From Gammaproteobacteria bacterium (lineage in GTDB: Bacteria > Pseudomonadota > Gammaproteobacteria > CBDBNL01 > G965229495), in the NCBI GenBank assembly GCA_965229495.1, contig OZ245880.1:2601595-2665594 (forward strand): 64,000 nt of DNA, in the 5' to 3' direction. Made by a program: the position numbers and the translations under genes. The notes beneath the pieces were generated by a model that made no database searches, was not told the DNA's origin, and saw only the letters and a program-made list of their open reading frames with translations. Numbering within the stretch: the stretch's first letter is position 1; every line of letters starts with the position of its first letter. This document shows, in pieces, positions 26,947 through 36,992 of this stretch.

Positions 26947-28986
26947 CTAAGCCAGCTCGGCAAAATCAGCCACCCGCAAAAATAACCCCCTAATAGTCTG
27001 CAGCAGACCACGGCGAAACTCGCGTAGCTGTTGATCGTCGCTATTTACCATTACTTCGTCAAAGAACCGCGCTAGCGGTTGCTGCAATTCCAGCAGTAAA
27101 GCCAGATTGTGCTCGTGGTCGGCGTCGCGCCAAGCATCAGCAGCGCCACGGTAGGCTCGCAGCAGCTCGGCGTCGGCAGACTCGCTGCTCTCTGGCAGTG
27201 AGCGTAATTCGGCATTCGCCGCCTCGCGGCAGATGTTATTGATCCTTTTGTAAATCTCGGCTAGTTGCTGACCGCGCTCGTCGGCGAGCCACAGCCTTAA
27301 GGCTTGCAAACGCCGCCGCTGCTCGTCGACGCGCGTCGGCGCCACTGCCAGCACCGCGCGCACTTGCTGGGCGGCAAAGCCAACGTCGAGCCAGAACACG
27401 CGCAGGCGCTCTTGGATAAAAGCCACCAGCTCTTGCTGCAGTTGCTCGCGCTTCGCCTCTGGCACTGCCAAGCTCGCCGCCGAATTTGCAAATAGCTCGC
27501 CCAAGTCCAACTGCAGTTGATGCGCGTCAAGAATACGCACCACGCCGAGCGCAGCACGGCGCAAGCTCAAAGGGTCGGCGCTGCTGCTGGGTTTTTTGCC
27601 GACGCTAAAGAAAGCCGTAAGACTATCGACCTTGTCCACCAGCGCCAGCAGCGCCGCTGACATAGTCGGGATTGCGTCCTCGCGCCCGCTCGGTTGATAT
27701 TGCTGGGCAATAGCGCTGCAAAGCTCTTCCGCCATCCCTGCAGCTTGCGCCAACCGCGCGCCGGCGTATGCCTGCAGCTCGGGAAATTCCTGCACCAGGT
27801 TGCTGAGCAAATCGGCTTTGGCGAGCCGCGCCGCTTGCTGCAAATGCTCCTGCTGCGCTGGCGGCAGGTCGGCGGCGACGAATTGCAGCAGCAGAGCGTG
27901 GCGCTGGCTTTTGTCGTGCATAGAGCCGAGCCCGCGCGCGAACACTAGCTTCGGCAGCCGCTCTGCCAGCGCCACCAAGCCGCTATCCTTATCCTTACTC
28001 CAGAAGAACCAGGCGTCCTCCAATCGCGGACGCACCACGCGCTCGTGGCCCTTGCTGATGAGCGCGCCGTCGCCCTCGGGGTTATTGCTCACCGCGATAA
28101 AGTAATTGCTCAGTTTGCCAGCGCTGTCGTTGAGCGGGATGTACTTTTGATGCTCGATGAGCACCGAGCGCAGCAGCTTATCGGGCAGCTCGAGAAAGTG
28201 CTCGGTAAAGCTACACAGCCGCGCATCGGGCAATTCCACCAGATTAGTTATGGTCGTCAGCAATTGCCCGCTCAAATCGGCGCTGAGTTGGCGCTCGCTG
28301 CAGATCGCTGCCACTTGCTGCTCGATCAACTCGCTGCGCTGCGCCGCCGTCGCCACCACCTTGCCCACCGTGCGCAAATCGCCGAGATAGGCGTCGGCGT
28401 GGTCTATAGGCAGCGGCTGCGGGTGTATCAGTCGATGCCCGTAGCTCGAGTTGCCAGCAGCGCAACCAGCGACCTCCAAGTTCAGCACTTGGTCGTCGAG
28501 CAACGCCAGCAGCCAGCGGATAGGGCGGCTGAAGCGGTCTGTGCCCAGGTTCCAGCGCATCGATTTTTTCAGTTTCAATACTGACACCGTCGTCGCCAGC
28601 GCTTGCTCCAGCACCTCTTGGGCTGCGAGCTGAGGCAATTGCTGCACGCACAATAGACGACCGTCGGCGCTGCGTTGCAGCTTGTCAACCGTAGTGTCGC
28701 AACTGCGAGCAAAGCCGCTCGCAGCCGCAGTCGGTTTGCCAGCGGCATCGAAGGCTTTGTCCCAAGCTGGACCTTTGCGCTCGACTTGGGCGCTGCTCTG
28801 GCGCTCCGCCAAGCCGTGCACCACTGCTCCCAGGCGTCGTGGCGTCGCGACGCTGGTCAAGTCCTGGTACTCCAAGCGCTGCGCTTTGAGCAGCGCGCGC
28901 AAATTTTCCGGGAATTGCGCGGCAAAACTCTCGAGCTCGCTGTGCGGCAATTCTTCGCAGCCGATTTCAAAGGCTAAAGTTGGCAT
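26947..28986 (-). CDS. glyS: Glycine--tRNA ligase beta subunit
   Basis: FEIGCEELP, TPRRL, RPIRWL, RPRLEDA, KADL...EFPELQ, DPLSLRRAA, FFDEVMVN. Confidence 0.95.
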   Translation of the reverse strand: MPTLAFEIGCEELPHSELESFAAQFPENLRALLKAQRLEYQDLTSVATPRRLGAVVHGLAERQSSAQVERKGPAWDKAFDAAGKPTAAASGFARSCDTTVDKLQRSADGRLLCVQQLPQLAAQEVLEQALATTVSVLKLKKSMRWNLGTDRFSRPIRWLLALLDDQVLNLEVAGCAAGNSSYGHRLIHPQPLPIDHADAYLGDLRTVGKVVATAAQRSELIEQQVAAICSERQLSADLSGQLLTTITNLVELPDARLCSFTEHFLELPDKLLRSVLIEHQKYIPLNDSAGKLSNYFIAVSNNPEGDGALISKGHERVVRPRLEDAWFFWSKDKDSGLVALAERLPKLVFARGLGSMHDKSQRHALLLQFVAADLPPAQQEHLQQAARLAKADLLSNLVQEFPELQAYAGARLAQAAGMAEELCSAIAQQYQPSGREDAIPTMSAALLALVDKVDSLTAFFSVGKKPSSSADPLSLRRAALGVVRILDAHQLQLDLGELFANSAASLAVPEAKREQLQQELVAFIQERLRVFWLDVGFAAQQVRAVLAVAPTRVDEQRRRLQALRLWLADERGQQLAEIYKRINNICREAANAELRSLPESSESADAELLRAYRGAADAWRDADHEHNLALLLELQQPLARFFDEVMVNSDDQQLREFRRGLLQTIRGLFLRVADFAELA

Positions 28987-29041
28987 GGTTGATTAGGTCG
29001 GTGAGCAAATGCCGCGAATTGTACAATAGCCACCACGCAAC

Positions 29042-29083
29042 TACTCTATCACCGATACTCTATCACCGATACTCTATCACCGA
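29042..29083. repeat. Perfect 14-nt tandem repeat (TACTCTATCACCGA)x3 directly upstream of holB
   Basis: Three exact copies 29042-29055, 29056-29069, 29070-29083. Confidence 0.9.
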
Positions 29084-29085
29084 GC

Positions 29086-30072
29086 ATGGCAATGTACCCC
29101 TGGCACCAAGAGCAATTCTGCAATTTCGTCGATCGCTACTTGCATAGCGCTAGGCTACCGCAAGCCTTTCTGCTCTCCGGGCCGCGCGGCATCGGTAAAC
29201 TCGAGTTGGCTCGAGGATTGGCGCGGATTTTGCTGTGCTTACAACCGCGCGCCCACGCCGCCTGCGGCGAGTGCCACGCTTGTAAACTGCTCGATTTTGG
29301 CAACCACCCCGACCTGCTGCTGGTGCAACCGGAAAACCCCGAGCGGCGCTCGGCGCAGATCAAAATCGAGCAAATTCGCGAGCTCAGCGCTAGCCTGGAG
29401 ATTAGCGCGCACTTGGGGCAGCGCCGGGTTTGCATTCTGGCTCCAGCCGAAGCCATGCAGACCATGGCTGCCAACGCCTTTTTGAAAACCCTGGAAGAGC
29501 CGCAGCCCGACTGCCACTTCTTGCTGGTGAACAACTCCGGCAGCGGTATTCTTGGCACCATCCGTAGCCGTTGCCTGGACCTGCCTTGTCAGCCGCCGCG
29601 CGCTGCCGAATCCTTGGCTTGGCTACATTCGCAGTTGGTCACGATCAAAAAGCCGCGCGGCGTCGCCCTCGACGACGACCTGCTGCAGCGCGTTTTGATC
29701 CTGGCGGATAATTCGCCGTTACTGGCATTGAGCTGGCTCGAGCACGCCGCCGATTTACTCGCTTGCTTGCGCGAACTCGACCAGTTGGCGCAGGATGTCA
29801 GTCTGGACCCGCTGCGCTCCGCCAGCAATTGGCACAAACTCGACGCCACTCGGCTGTTTGCCTGGCTGAGCGCGCACCTTGCCGCGACCATCAAGCGCCA
29901 AGCTATAGACGGTAACGCGGCTTTCGACCAACGCCAAGCCTTGGCTTTGCATAGCTATATGCTCGAACGCCAGCGCTTGTACCGCATCCATAGCTTGGAC
30001 ATGAAGTTGATAGTCGACCATTTCTTGATTAGCTGGAGCAAATTGTGGGGGCGCCCACAACCTTCGAGCTAG
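29086..30072 (+). CDS. holB: DNA polymerase III delta' subunit
   Basis: YPW, GPRGIGK, ACGECHAC, HPD, AANAFLKTLEEP, TIRSRC. Confidence 0.93.
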   Translation: MAMYPWHQEQFCNFVDRYLHSARLPQAFLLSGPRGIGKLELARGLARILLCLQPRAHAACGECHACKLLDFGNHPDLLLVQPENPERRSAQIKIEQIRELSASLEISAHLGQRRVCILAPAEAMQTMAANAFLKTLEEPQPDCHFLLVNNSGSGILGTIRSRCLDLPCQPPRAAESLAWLHSQLVTIKKPRGVALDDDLLQRVLILADNSPLLALSWLEHAADLLACLRELDQLAQDVSLDPLRSASNWHKLDATRLFAWLSAHLAATIKRQAIDGNAAFDQRQALALHSYMLERQRLYRIHSLDMKLIVDHFLISWSKLWGRPQPSS

Positions 30073-30959
30073 CGGCGCTACGCGAGCGCGAGCGTATTAG
30101 CTTTACGCTGTTCCTGGCGCTAATAGCGCACGTCGTCGTCTTCTGGTTTGTCGAGCTCGACGTCGAGCGCGCGCCAGTGCAAAACCAAGTCGAGGTTAGC
30201 GTGAGCCTAATCAGCGAAGAGGTCGACAATCCCGACTTTCTCTCGGCGAATTCGCAGCGCGGCGGCGGCTCGCTGGACGAAGCGCGTTTGCTCAGCGTCG
30301 ATAGCCCGCCGCAGCTTATCGCCGAGCAACCCTTGGACGCCAGCGCGCAAATCCTCGCTGGCGCTGCCAGCTCCAGCACTGGTGATTCCGCGCAGGATCA
30401 TAGCGGCGCTAATGCCAAGGCTCTGCTGCTCACGCGCGTCGAAGCTGCCACCGAGCGCGCGCCGCAGCGCAGCCAGAGCAGCTTGGCGGCGCAATTCGAG
30501 CAGCAAATGCAGAGCTTGCAGTCGGCGATCAGCGACATTGAAGCGCGCCTGACGCGCGAACGCCAGAAGCTGGCACGGCAAGACGACGTCAAGCGCCTGA
30601 CCTCGGTGAGCTCGCTGGCAGCAGTGGAGGCCGAGTACATCGAGTATTGGCTGGAGACCGTCGAGACCATAGCCAACATGAACTACCCGCAAGAGGCCAG
30701 CCGTCGCGGCGTCGAGGGTAGCTTACGGCTGGCAGTGCGCGTCAGCGCCAACGGGCAAATCCTCGCCCTCAAAACCCTGGCGAGCTCGGGACATAAAATA
30801 CTCGACGACGCCGCGCACAACATAGTCCGCCTCGCCGAACCCTTCGCTCCTTTCCCAGCAGCCATGCGCGCCGACACCAGCGCCATCGAAATCATCCGCA
30901 CCTGGAAGTTTTATCGGGAGAATGCTGAGTTGATAATTGATACAGTAATTGATAATTGA
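30045..30959 (+). CDS. TonB-family energy transducer protein
   Basis: N-terminal TM helix with H; NYPQEASRRG, SSGHKILDDAA, PFAPFP, IIRTW. Confidence 0.8.
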   Translation: MGAPTTFELAALRERERISFTLFLALIAHVVVFWFVELDVERAPVQNQVEVSVSLISEEVDNPDFLSANSQRGGGSLDEARLLSVDSPPQLIAEQPLDASAQILAGAASSSTGDSAQDHSGANAKALLLTRVEAATERAPQRSQSSLAAQFEQQMQSLQSAISDIEARLTRERQKLARQDDVKRLTSVSSLAAVEAEYIEYWLETVETIANMNYPQEASRRGVEGSLRLAVRVSANGQILALKTLASSGHKILDDAAHNIVRLAEPFAPFPAAMRADTSAIEIIRTWKFYRENAELIIDTVIDN

Positions 30960-30985
30960 TAATGGAAAGTTGATAATTATCAACT
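30929..30985. repeat. TTGATAA heptamer-like repeats ending in perfect 18-bp palindrome AGTTGATAATTATCAACT
   Basis: gttgataattgata...aattgataattgataatgg; palindrome at 30968-30985. Confidence 0.75.
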
Positions 30986-31130
30986 AACTATCCATATCTG
31001 GGCAATATATTAGAGTAATTGCCGGAAGTCTATTTGCGCATCTAAACCAATCTGTGTGCATCTGTAGTTTTTACTTGTCAGCCATAGATGAATGCAGGTT
31101 AAGTCAGCTACTAATCTGCATACTAACTAC

Positions 31131-33716
31131 TTATTTTTTTGTACTATTCGCTGGGCGCTTCTTAAACTCTTCATGCCAATTTCGCAATTCGTTGAAATCA
31201 TCTCCGAGCTCATCTGGTTGTGGAAATTGAACTGGGGCTTCCAATGACTGCGAGTGCACGTGGCGCGAATATCTTGTCATCAGATCATCAAATAACTTGC
31301 AATCTTCATCCGATATCTTAGCTAATTTGCTGAGTTTGCCCATTGTATGTATTGATCTACGATGTCTTTCCACAATGCCGCTAGTCAATTCCAGCTCGAT
31401 CATGCGCTCTAAAATAATTCTAAATTCGCTACAAAGAGCTTTGGCATAAATGCTGTAAGCGTCGTTGCCCTCTTCTTCTAGCTTTTGTTTTGCCATTGGA
31501 AGTCTTTTTTCAATTAACTCATTAAGAGCTTTTTTGGGCTTAAGTGCGAAAAGTGGAGTGCTACCCGACTCTCCAGCACCCCAAGATTCTTCTCTAATAT
31601 AAATAACTTCAGATGAGTTGCCAGCTTTCTCGGCGTAATCATTTACCATACCCAAGAGTGAAATTCGATGAGTAAATATGATTATTTGTCTATTAGATGC
31701 TATGGTACAAAGGCGTCTGATGAAAGCCTCTTCATAATCCTGGTCAAGAGATGATATTGGATCATCAAATATAAATGGAGCTGAGCTAGCTCCACCTCTG
31801 ACATCGGCAAGAAATGCCGCAATTGATACAATTCGTTGCTCTCCCTCACTCAATATCTCATTGATATTATGTTTGGCTTTATCTAAACGAAGGCGGTGCA
31901 GGACTCGGCCTTTTGAGACTTTCGATTTTATTATTTCTACTTTGATGCGAGATATACCCAGTTCTTTTAGCTCTGTGTTAAATCGTTGCACAAAAGCATC
32001 CGTTATAAATTCTTCTGCCAACTCTCCTTTTTTTCTGGATAAAGCTGTGGTCGAAGTTTTTTTTCGTGCCTGATCGATTGCCTCGAGTGACTTAAGTCTA
32101 TCTAATTCTTCTAGAATAGAGGCTTTCTGCTCTGCGAGCCACTCCTTAGCTCGAAGGTTTCTTAAACATGCTTTTAATTCATGGCGATTATCTTTTCTAG
32201 CGTCTTCCTCATATGTTTTGATTTTATTGGCATAGTTCTGTGAAATTTTGTTAAGTATACCAAAGAATTCGGAAAAATTACTAGTATTAAGACTTTCTAA
32301 TTCATAAGTAGATGATAATATTTTTGACTTTCTGTCGCTAAGTGTTGTGGCAATGCTAATTAAGCCAAGAGTAATATCTTGGTCTGTGATTCCAGCAGCA
32401 TCAATTTTTGTCTTTAAAGTAGAAGTGTCTGGTATATCTGGTAGGGCTTTAAGTATTTTGTTTAATTCTTCAACTGCTATTTGATATTTTCTTTGGGTTT
32501 CGCCTTGTATGTATGACTCAAAATCAATTAGTCTTCTTTTGGCGCCCTCCGACAAGGTCTGGTGGCAAAGAACACATACTGAGTTATCTTGAGTATTAGG
32601 GAAATCATGTCCTACATACGCCTGCTCTTTTGAGTATTTTCTTGCAGCATTCCAGAGTTCTTGCCAAACGTCGGATCCAATACCATCAAGATATACATCG
32701 TTCTTAATGCTATTTGCAGCGGCCTCGGCTGCTGCTTTCGTCTTAGAGACCCTATGTTCCAGCTCGGTAATTCTTCTGCAATTCTCATCAGATAGCTTGT
32801 CAATATAAGATTGAAAGTCATTGACAATTTCGTCGATATATCTTTTTTGATTGCGAAGTTTATTAGCCTGCTCAGATGGCGATTCTACATTAATCCTTTT
32901 TTGAAGTTCACCTAACTCAGTTATTTCTGGGTTAGAGATAGAACAATAAAAATTAATTTCATCTTTCGGTGTGTTATGGGCTAATTTTTTTAACCATTCG
33001 CCTGTGCTAGTTTCTGACAGGTGGCTAGGCATGGTTGGCATCTTGGACTGCAACGCATCTGCCTTCTGCTTAAGGTTTGCGTCGACTTGCCCACAGATAT
33101 CGATTAAGCTAGTAAAAAAAGATAAAATAGGAGGCTCATAACTAACCTCATTTTCGTTCCCCATGAAAACTTGACCAAATGAAGTATCAAATATACCCAC
33201 AGAGTGAAGAGGATCGCATACGTCTATACCTCTCCACTCATAACTAATTGGACTGTCGTTCTTTAGGAATGATATCGTTGCTTTTTGCTCTGTATCATTT
33301 TTTAAATACGTATTACCATAGAGTTTTCCGAGAACAATATCTCGAGCTCCACAGATATGCTTTAGAAGCCTAACGTAGCTAGATTTACCTGAGCCATTGT
33401 GGCCATAAATAATAGCAATATTGCTATTACCAAAATCTAGTGGTTTGCGAGGATTTAGCTTGTTTACACCAGTTATTTCGCTGATGGAGCACAAGCGTAT
33501 TTCTTCATCGTCGGAGGTGGTAAAAGCACTATGTGGGATGGTGTGATCAATACTTGGAAATTCGCTCTTGACTTCTTGTAAGCACAAGTTTGTTATTTCT
33601 TTGATGGTAGCTCCGTCTATCTCGCCATTCTCGATTAAATGCTTAGCTGCATACTGCAGCCATTTTGGCTTTTCTAAAAACCAATTCTTTAAGCTATTTA
33701 TATTACTTTCAATCAT
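31131..33716 (-). CDS. RloC-like SMC/ABC ATPase with zinc hook and putative C-terminal HEPN-like domain
   Basis: GHNGSGKS Walker A, coiled coil with CVLC hook, LSEGEQR signature, FDDPISSLD, IFTH; RYSRHVH near C-terminus; AT-rich. Confidence 0.75.
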   Translation of the reverse strand: MIESNINSLKNWFLEKPKWLQYAAKHLIENGEIDGATIKEITNLCLQEVKSEFPSIDHTIPHSAFTTSDDEEIRLCSISEITGVNKLNPRKPLDFGNSNIAIIYGHNGSGKSSYVRLLKHICGARDIVLGKLYGNTYLKNDTEQKATISFLKNDSPISYEWRGIDVCDPLHSVGIFDTSFGQVFMGNENEVSYEPPILSFFTSLIDICGQVDANLKQKADALQSKMPTMPSHLSETSTGEWLKKLAHNTPKDEINFYCSISNPEITELGELQKRINVESPSEQANKLRNQKRYIDEIVNDFQSYIDKLSDENCRRITELEHRVSKTKAAAEAAANSIKNDVYLDGIGSDVWQELWNAARKYSKEQAYVGHDFPNTQDNSVCVLCHQTLSEGAKRRLIDFESYIQGETQRKYQIAVEELNKILKALPDIPDTSTLKTKIDAAGITDQDITLGLISIATTLSDRKSKILSSTYELESLNTSNFSEFFGILNKISQNYANKIKTYEEDARKDNRHELKACLRNLRAKEWLAEQKASILEELDRLKSLEAIDQARKKTSTTALSRKKGELAEEFITDAFVQRFNTELKELGISRIKVEIIKSKVSKGRVLHRLRLDKAKHNINEILSEGEQRIVSIAAFLADVRGGASSAPFIFDDPISSLDQDYEEAFIRRLCTIASNRQIIIFTHRISLLGMVNDYAEKAGNSSEVIYIREESWGAGESGSTPLFALKPKKALNELIEKRLPMAKQKLEEEGNDAYSIYAKALCSEFRIILERMIELELTSGIVERHRRSIHTMGKLSKLAKISDEDCKLFDDLMTRYSRHVHSQSLEAPVQFPQPDELGDDFNELRNWHEEFKKRPANSTKK

Positions 33717-34047
33717 TTATGCCTCATACCTAATTCTAGCAAGTAAGCAAAAAGCTTACTCGTTTGTTATTTTAATGTGCTGTATGGCTGTTGCCCATCG
33801 TCGGTGCTGATGATAGCTCTAGCATAGAACGAAGTGTATGTCTATGGGCACTGTAGCTAATATCAACCAGTCGTGCGCTCTGGGCGTTGCTCTAGGCGCT
33901 GGTGGGCTGCAACTAGCTGGGTTAAATTGACTGGTGATTAGCAAGCCGGTGGCGCGTTCGCGGGTTACTTGCTTGGCGCCTCTGGTTTTGAAGGGTGGTC
34001 TACGGTGATTTTTATGGGGTGGGTGAGACGTTGCGCTCGCAGGTGCC

Positions 34048-34989
34048 TTAGCTCTGCTCGTCGATCACGGATTGCACTATCGCGATTTCTATGCCTAAAA
34101 ACTGGCTAATCTCTGCGGTGCTTCGGCCTTGTTGGTGCGCTTGCAAGATTAGTTCGCGGTCGCGCTTCACGCGGCCTATGGCTTCGCCTTCAACCCTGCC
34201 TTTAGCCTCACCTTCGACTCTGCCTTCAGCCCTACCCTGGGCAAGACCCTCGACCCTGGCGTCGTCGACTTCGGCGCGGGCTTGGTTGATGGCTATGCGC
34301 TGGTTGAAGGCGAAGTCTTCGTAACGCTTTTTATCTTCCGGGTTAAGTTTGAGTAAGTCCAGGCGCTCGGCGGCTTGGTTTAAGCCTGGGGCGCTGAAGC
34401 TTTCCTCAACGAAACCGGTTTTCAAGGTGTATAGCCATTCGTCGAGCTGCGTTTGTACTTTGTCGGGGAAGTTGCCTAGGCTGATGAGTATGTATTCGGG
34501 GAAGATGTCTTCGATTACCCTCAAGCTCATGCGTTTGGCCTCGCTGCTGTTGAGCCGAAGCTCTTGCTGGCTATGCAAGCCGACGAATTTTTGCCGACCG
34601 TGGTAAACGTAGTCGTCGCCGCGCCCAAGCCGAAAGTCGCACACCGAGATGGTGTAGACCTTGGGTAGCCCTTCGTAGTGGCTGCCGCTTTTTACGTGCT
34701 CGACCAAAGTCTTCGAGGTGTAGAACAGCAGGCGGCGGAAGAAGTGGTGCTCGGGTTTGTACTGAAACTCAATCAACGCCAATTCACCATTACCGAGGCG
34801 GGCTTTGAGATCGAGTCGGATCAGGCGTTCGTCGGGCGCCCCCTGGTTACTCTCGCTCTCCAAGAGGTCGTCGATCTTGACTGGACGGTCGAGGATGGTG
34901 CTGAATAAACCTTCGAGGACGTCGAAATTGGCTTTGTCGCGCAGGGTGTATTTCAGCGCCCAATCGAAGGAGATGATGTTGCGGGGCAT
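34048..34989 (-). CDS. Rpn-family recombination-promoting nuclease / PD-(D/E)XK putative transposase (copy 3)
   Basis: SFDWALK, RLDLKA...IEFQ, LDEWLY, EG-rich tetrapeptide tail, C-terminal HTH-like AEISQFLGI. Confidence 0.88.
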   Translation of the reverse strand: MPRNIISFDWALKYTLRDKANFDVLEGLFSTILDRPVKIDDLLESESNQGAPDERLIRLDLKARLGNGELALIEFQYKPEHHFFRRLLFYTSKTLVEHVKSGSHYEGLPKVYTISVCDFRLGRGDDYVYHGRQKFVGLHSQQELRLNSSEAKRMSLRVIEDIFPEYILISLGNFPDKVQTQLDEWLYTLKTGFVEESFSAPGLNQAAERLDLLKLNPEDKKRYEDFAFNQRIAINQARAEVDDARVEGLAQGRAEGRVEGEAKGRVEGEAIGRVKRDRELILQAHQQGRSTAEISQFLGIEIAIVQSVIDEQS

Positions 34990-34995
34990 GGATTG

Positions 34996-35075
34996 AGGCG
35001 GTGGATTAGAGCACTGCTAGTATAGCTGAGTAGAGCAAAGGGCAGGATGTTGGTTGCGAGGGTGGCTGAGGTGCT
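34996..35075. repeat. 80-bp intergenic repeat of the Rpn array (second copy 35980-36059) with a -10-like TATACT on the minus strand
   Basis: aggcggtggattagagcactgctagtatagctgag...gaggtgct identical in both spacers. Confidence 0.9.
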
Positions 35076-35091
35076 TGTGTGCTCAGGGGGC

Positions 35092-35973
35092 TTAATGATG
35101 CTCGTCGATGACGGATTGGACTAGAGCGATTTCTATGCCTAAAAACTGGCTAATCTCAGCGGTGCTTCGACCTTGTTGGTGCGCTTGCAAGATTAGTTCA
35201 TGATAGAGTTTTTGGCGCCCTTCGGCTCTACCTTCGTCCCTGGCGTCGTCGACTTCGGCGCGGGTTTGGTTGATGGCTATGCGCTGGTTGAAGGCGAAGT
35301 CTTCGTAACGCTTTTTATCTTCCGGGTTAAGTTTGAGTAAGTCCAGGCGCTCGGCGGCTTGGTTTAAGCCTGGGGCGCTGAAGCTTTCCTCGACGAAACC
35401 GGTTTTCAAGGTGTACAGCCATTCGTCTAACTGCGTTTGTACTTTGTCGGGGAAGTTGCCCAGGCTGATGAGTATGTATTCGGGGAAGATGTCTTCGATT
35501 ACTCTCAGGCTCATGCGTTTGGCCTCGGAGCTGTTGAGCCGAAGCTCTTGCTGGCTGTGCAAGCCGACGAATTTTTGCCGACCGTGGTAAACGTAGTCGT
35601 CGCCGCGCCCGAGTCGGAAATCGCACACCGAGATGGTGTAGACCTTGGGTAGTTCTTCGTAGTGGCTGCCGCTTTTGACGTGCTCTACCAGGGTTTTCGA
35701 GGTGTAGAACAGCAGGCGGCGGAAGAAGTGGTGCTCGGGTTTGTACTGAAATTCTATCAACGCTAATTCACCATTACCGAGGCGGGCTTTCAGATCAAGA
35801 CGGATCAGGCGTTCGTCGGGCGACCCCTGGTTACTCTCGCTCTCCAGGAGGTCGTCGATCTTGACCGGGCGGTCGAGTATGGTGCTGAATAAACCTTCGA
35901 GGACGTCGAAATTGGCTTTGTCGCGCAGGGTGTATTTCAGCGCCCAATCGAAAGAGATGATGTTGCGGGGCAT
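35092..35973 (-). CDS. Rpn-family nuclease (copy 2)
   Basis: Near-identical protein to its neighbours, shortest tail. Confidence 0.88.
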   Translation of the reverse strand: MPRNIISFDWALKYTLRDKANFDVLEGLFSTILDRPVKIDDLLESESNQGSPDERLIRLDLKARLGNGELALIEFQYKPEHHFFRRLLFYTSKTLVEHVKSGSHYEELPKVYTISVCDFRLGRGDDYVYHGRQKFVGLHSQQELRLNSSEAKRMSLRVIEDIFPEYILISLGNFPDKVQTQLDEWLYTLKTGFVEESFSAPGLNQAAERLDLLKLNPEDKKRYEDFAFNQRIAINQTRAEVDDARDEGRAEGRQKLYHELILQAHQQGRSTAEISQFLGIEIALVQSVIDEHH

Positions 35974-36074
35974 GGTGGCAGGCGGTGGATTAGAGCACTG
36001 CTAGTATAGCTGAGTAGAGCAAAGGGCAGGATGTTGGTTGCGAGGGTGGCTGAGGTGCTGGTTTGCTCAGGGGC

Positions 36075-36992
36075 TTAAATATGCTCGTCGATCACGGATT
36101 GCACTATCGCGATTTCTATGCCTAGAAATTGGCTAATCTCTGCGGTGCTTCGACCTTGTTGGTGCGCTTGCAGGATTAGTTCGCGGTCGCGCTTGGTGCG
36201 TCCTATGGCTTCGCCTTCGGCTCTGCCTTTGGCCTCACCTTCCACTCTGCCTTCGTTCCTGGCGTCGTCGACTTCGGCGCGGGTTTGGTTGATGGCTATG
36301 CGCTGGTTGAAGGCGAAGTCTTCGTAACGCTTTTTATCTTCCGAGTTAAGTTTGAGTAAGTCCAGGCGCTCGGCGGCTTGGTTTAAGCCTGGGGCGCTGA
36401 AGCTTTCCTCGACGAAACCGGTTTTCAAGGTGTATAGCCATTCGTCTAATTGCGTTTGTACTTTGTCAGGAAAGTTGCCAAGGCTGATGAGTATGTATTC
36501 GGGGAAGATGTCTTCGATTACTCTCAGGCTCATGCGTTTGGCCTCGCTGCTGTTGAGCCGAAGTTCTTGCTGGCTGTGCAAGCCGACAAATTTTTGCCGA
36601 CCGTGGTAAACGTAGTCGTCGCCACGCCCGAGTCGAAAATCGCACACCGAGATGGTGTAGACCTTGGGTAATTCTTCGTAGTGGCTGCCGCTTTTTACGT
36701 GCTCTACCAAAGTCTTCGAGGTGTAGAACAGCAGGCGGCGAAAGAAGTGATGCTCGGGCTTATACTGAAATTCTATCAACGCCAATTCACCATTGCCGAG
36801 GCGGGCTTTAAGATCAAGACGGATCAAGCGTTCGTCGGGTGCCCCCTGGTTACTCTCACTCTCCAGGAGGTCGTCGATCTTGACCGGACGGTCGAGGATG
36901 GTGCTGAATAAACCTTCAAGGACGTCGAAATTGGCTTTGTCGCGCAGGGTGTATTTCAGCGCCCAATCGAAGGAGATGATGTTGCGGGGCAT
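36075..36992 (-). CDS. Rpn-family nuclease (copy 1)
   Basis: Near-identical protein to its neighbours, intermediate tail. Confidence 0.88.
   Translation of the reverse strand: MPRNIISFDWALKYTLRDKANFDVLEGLFSTILDRPVKIDDLLESESNQGAPDERLIRLDLKARLGNGELALIEFQYKPEHHFFRRLLFYTSKTLVEHVKSGSHYEELPKVYTISVCDFRLGRGDDYVYHGRQKFVGLHSQQELRLNSSEAKRMSLRVIEDIFPEYILISLGNFPDKVQTQLDEWLYTLKTGFVEESFSAPGLNQAAERLDLLKLNSEDKKRYEDFAFNQRIAINQTRAEVDDARNEGRVEGEAKGRAEGEAIGRTKRDRELILQAHQQGRSTAEISQFLGIEIAIVQSVIDEHI

Noticed and set aside
29042-29083. TATCACCG as lambda-type operator half-sites
   Set aside because: Direct repeats rather than inverted half-sites; no phage genes nearby
34048-36992. Rpn genes as active insertion sequences
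   Set aside because: No terminal inverted repeats or target duplications seen; pattern fits tandem duplication
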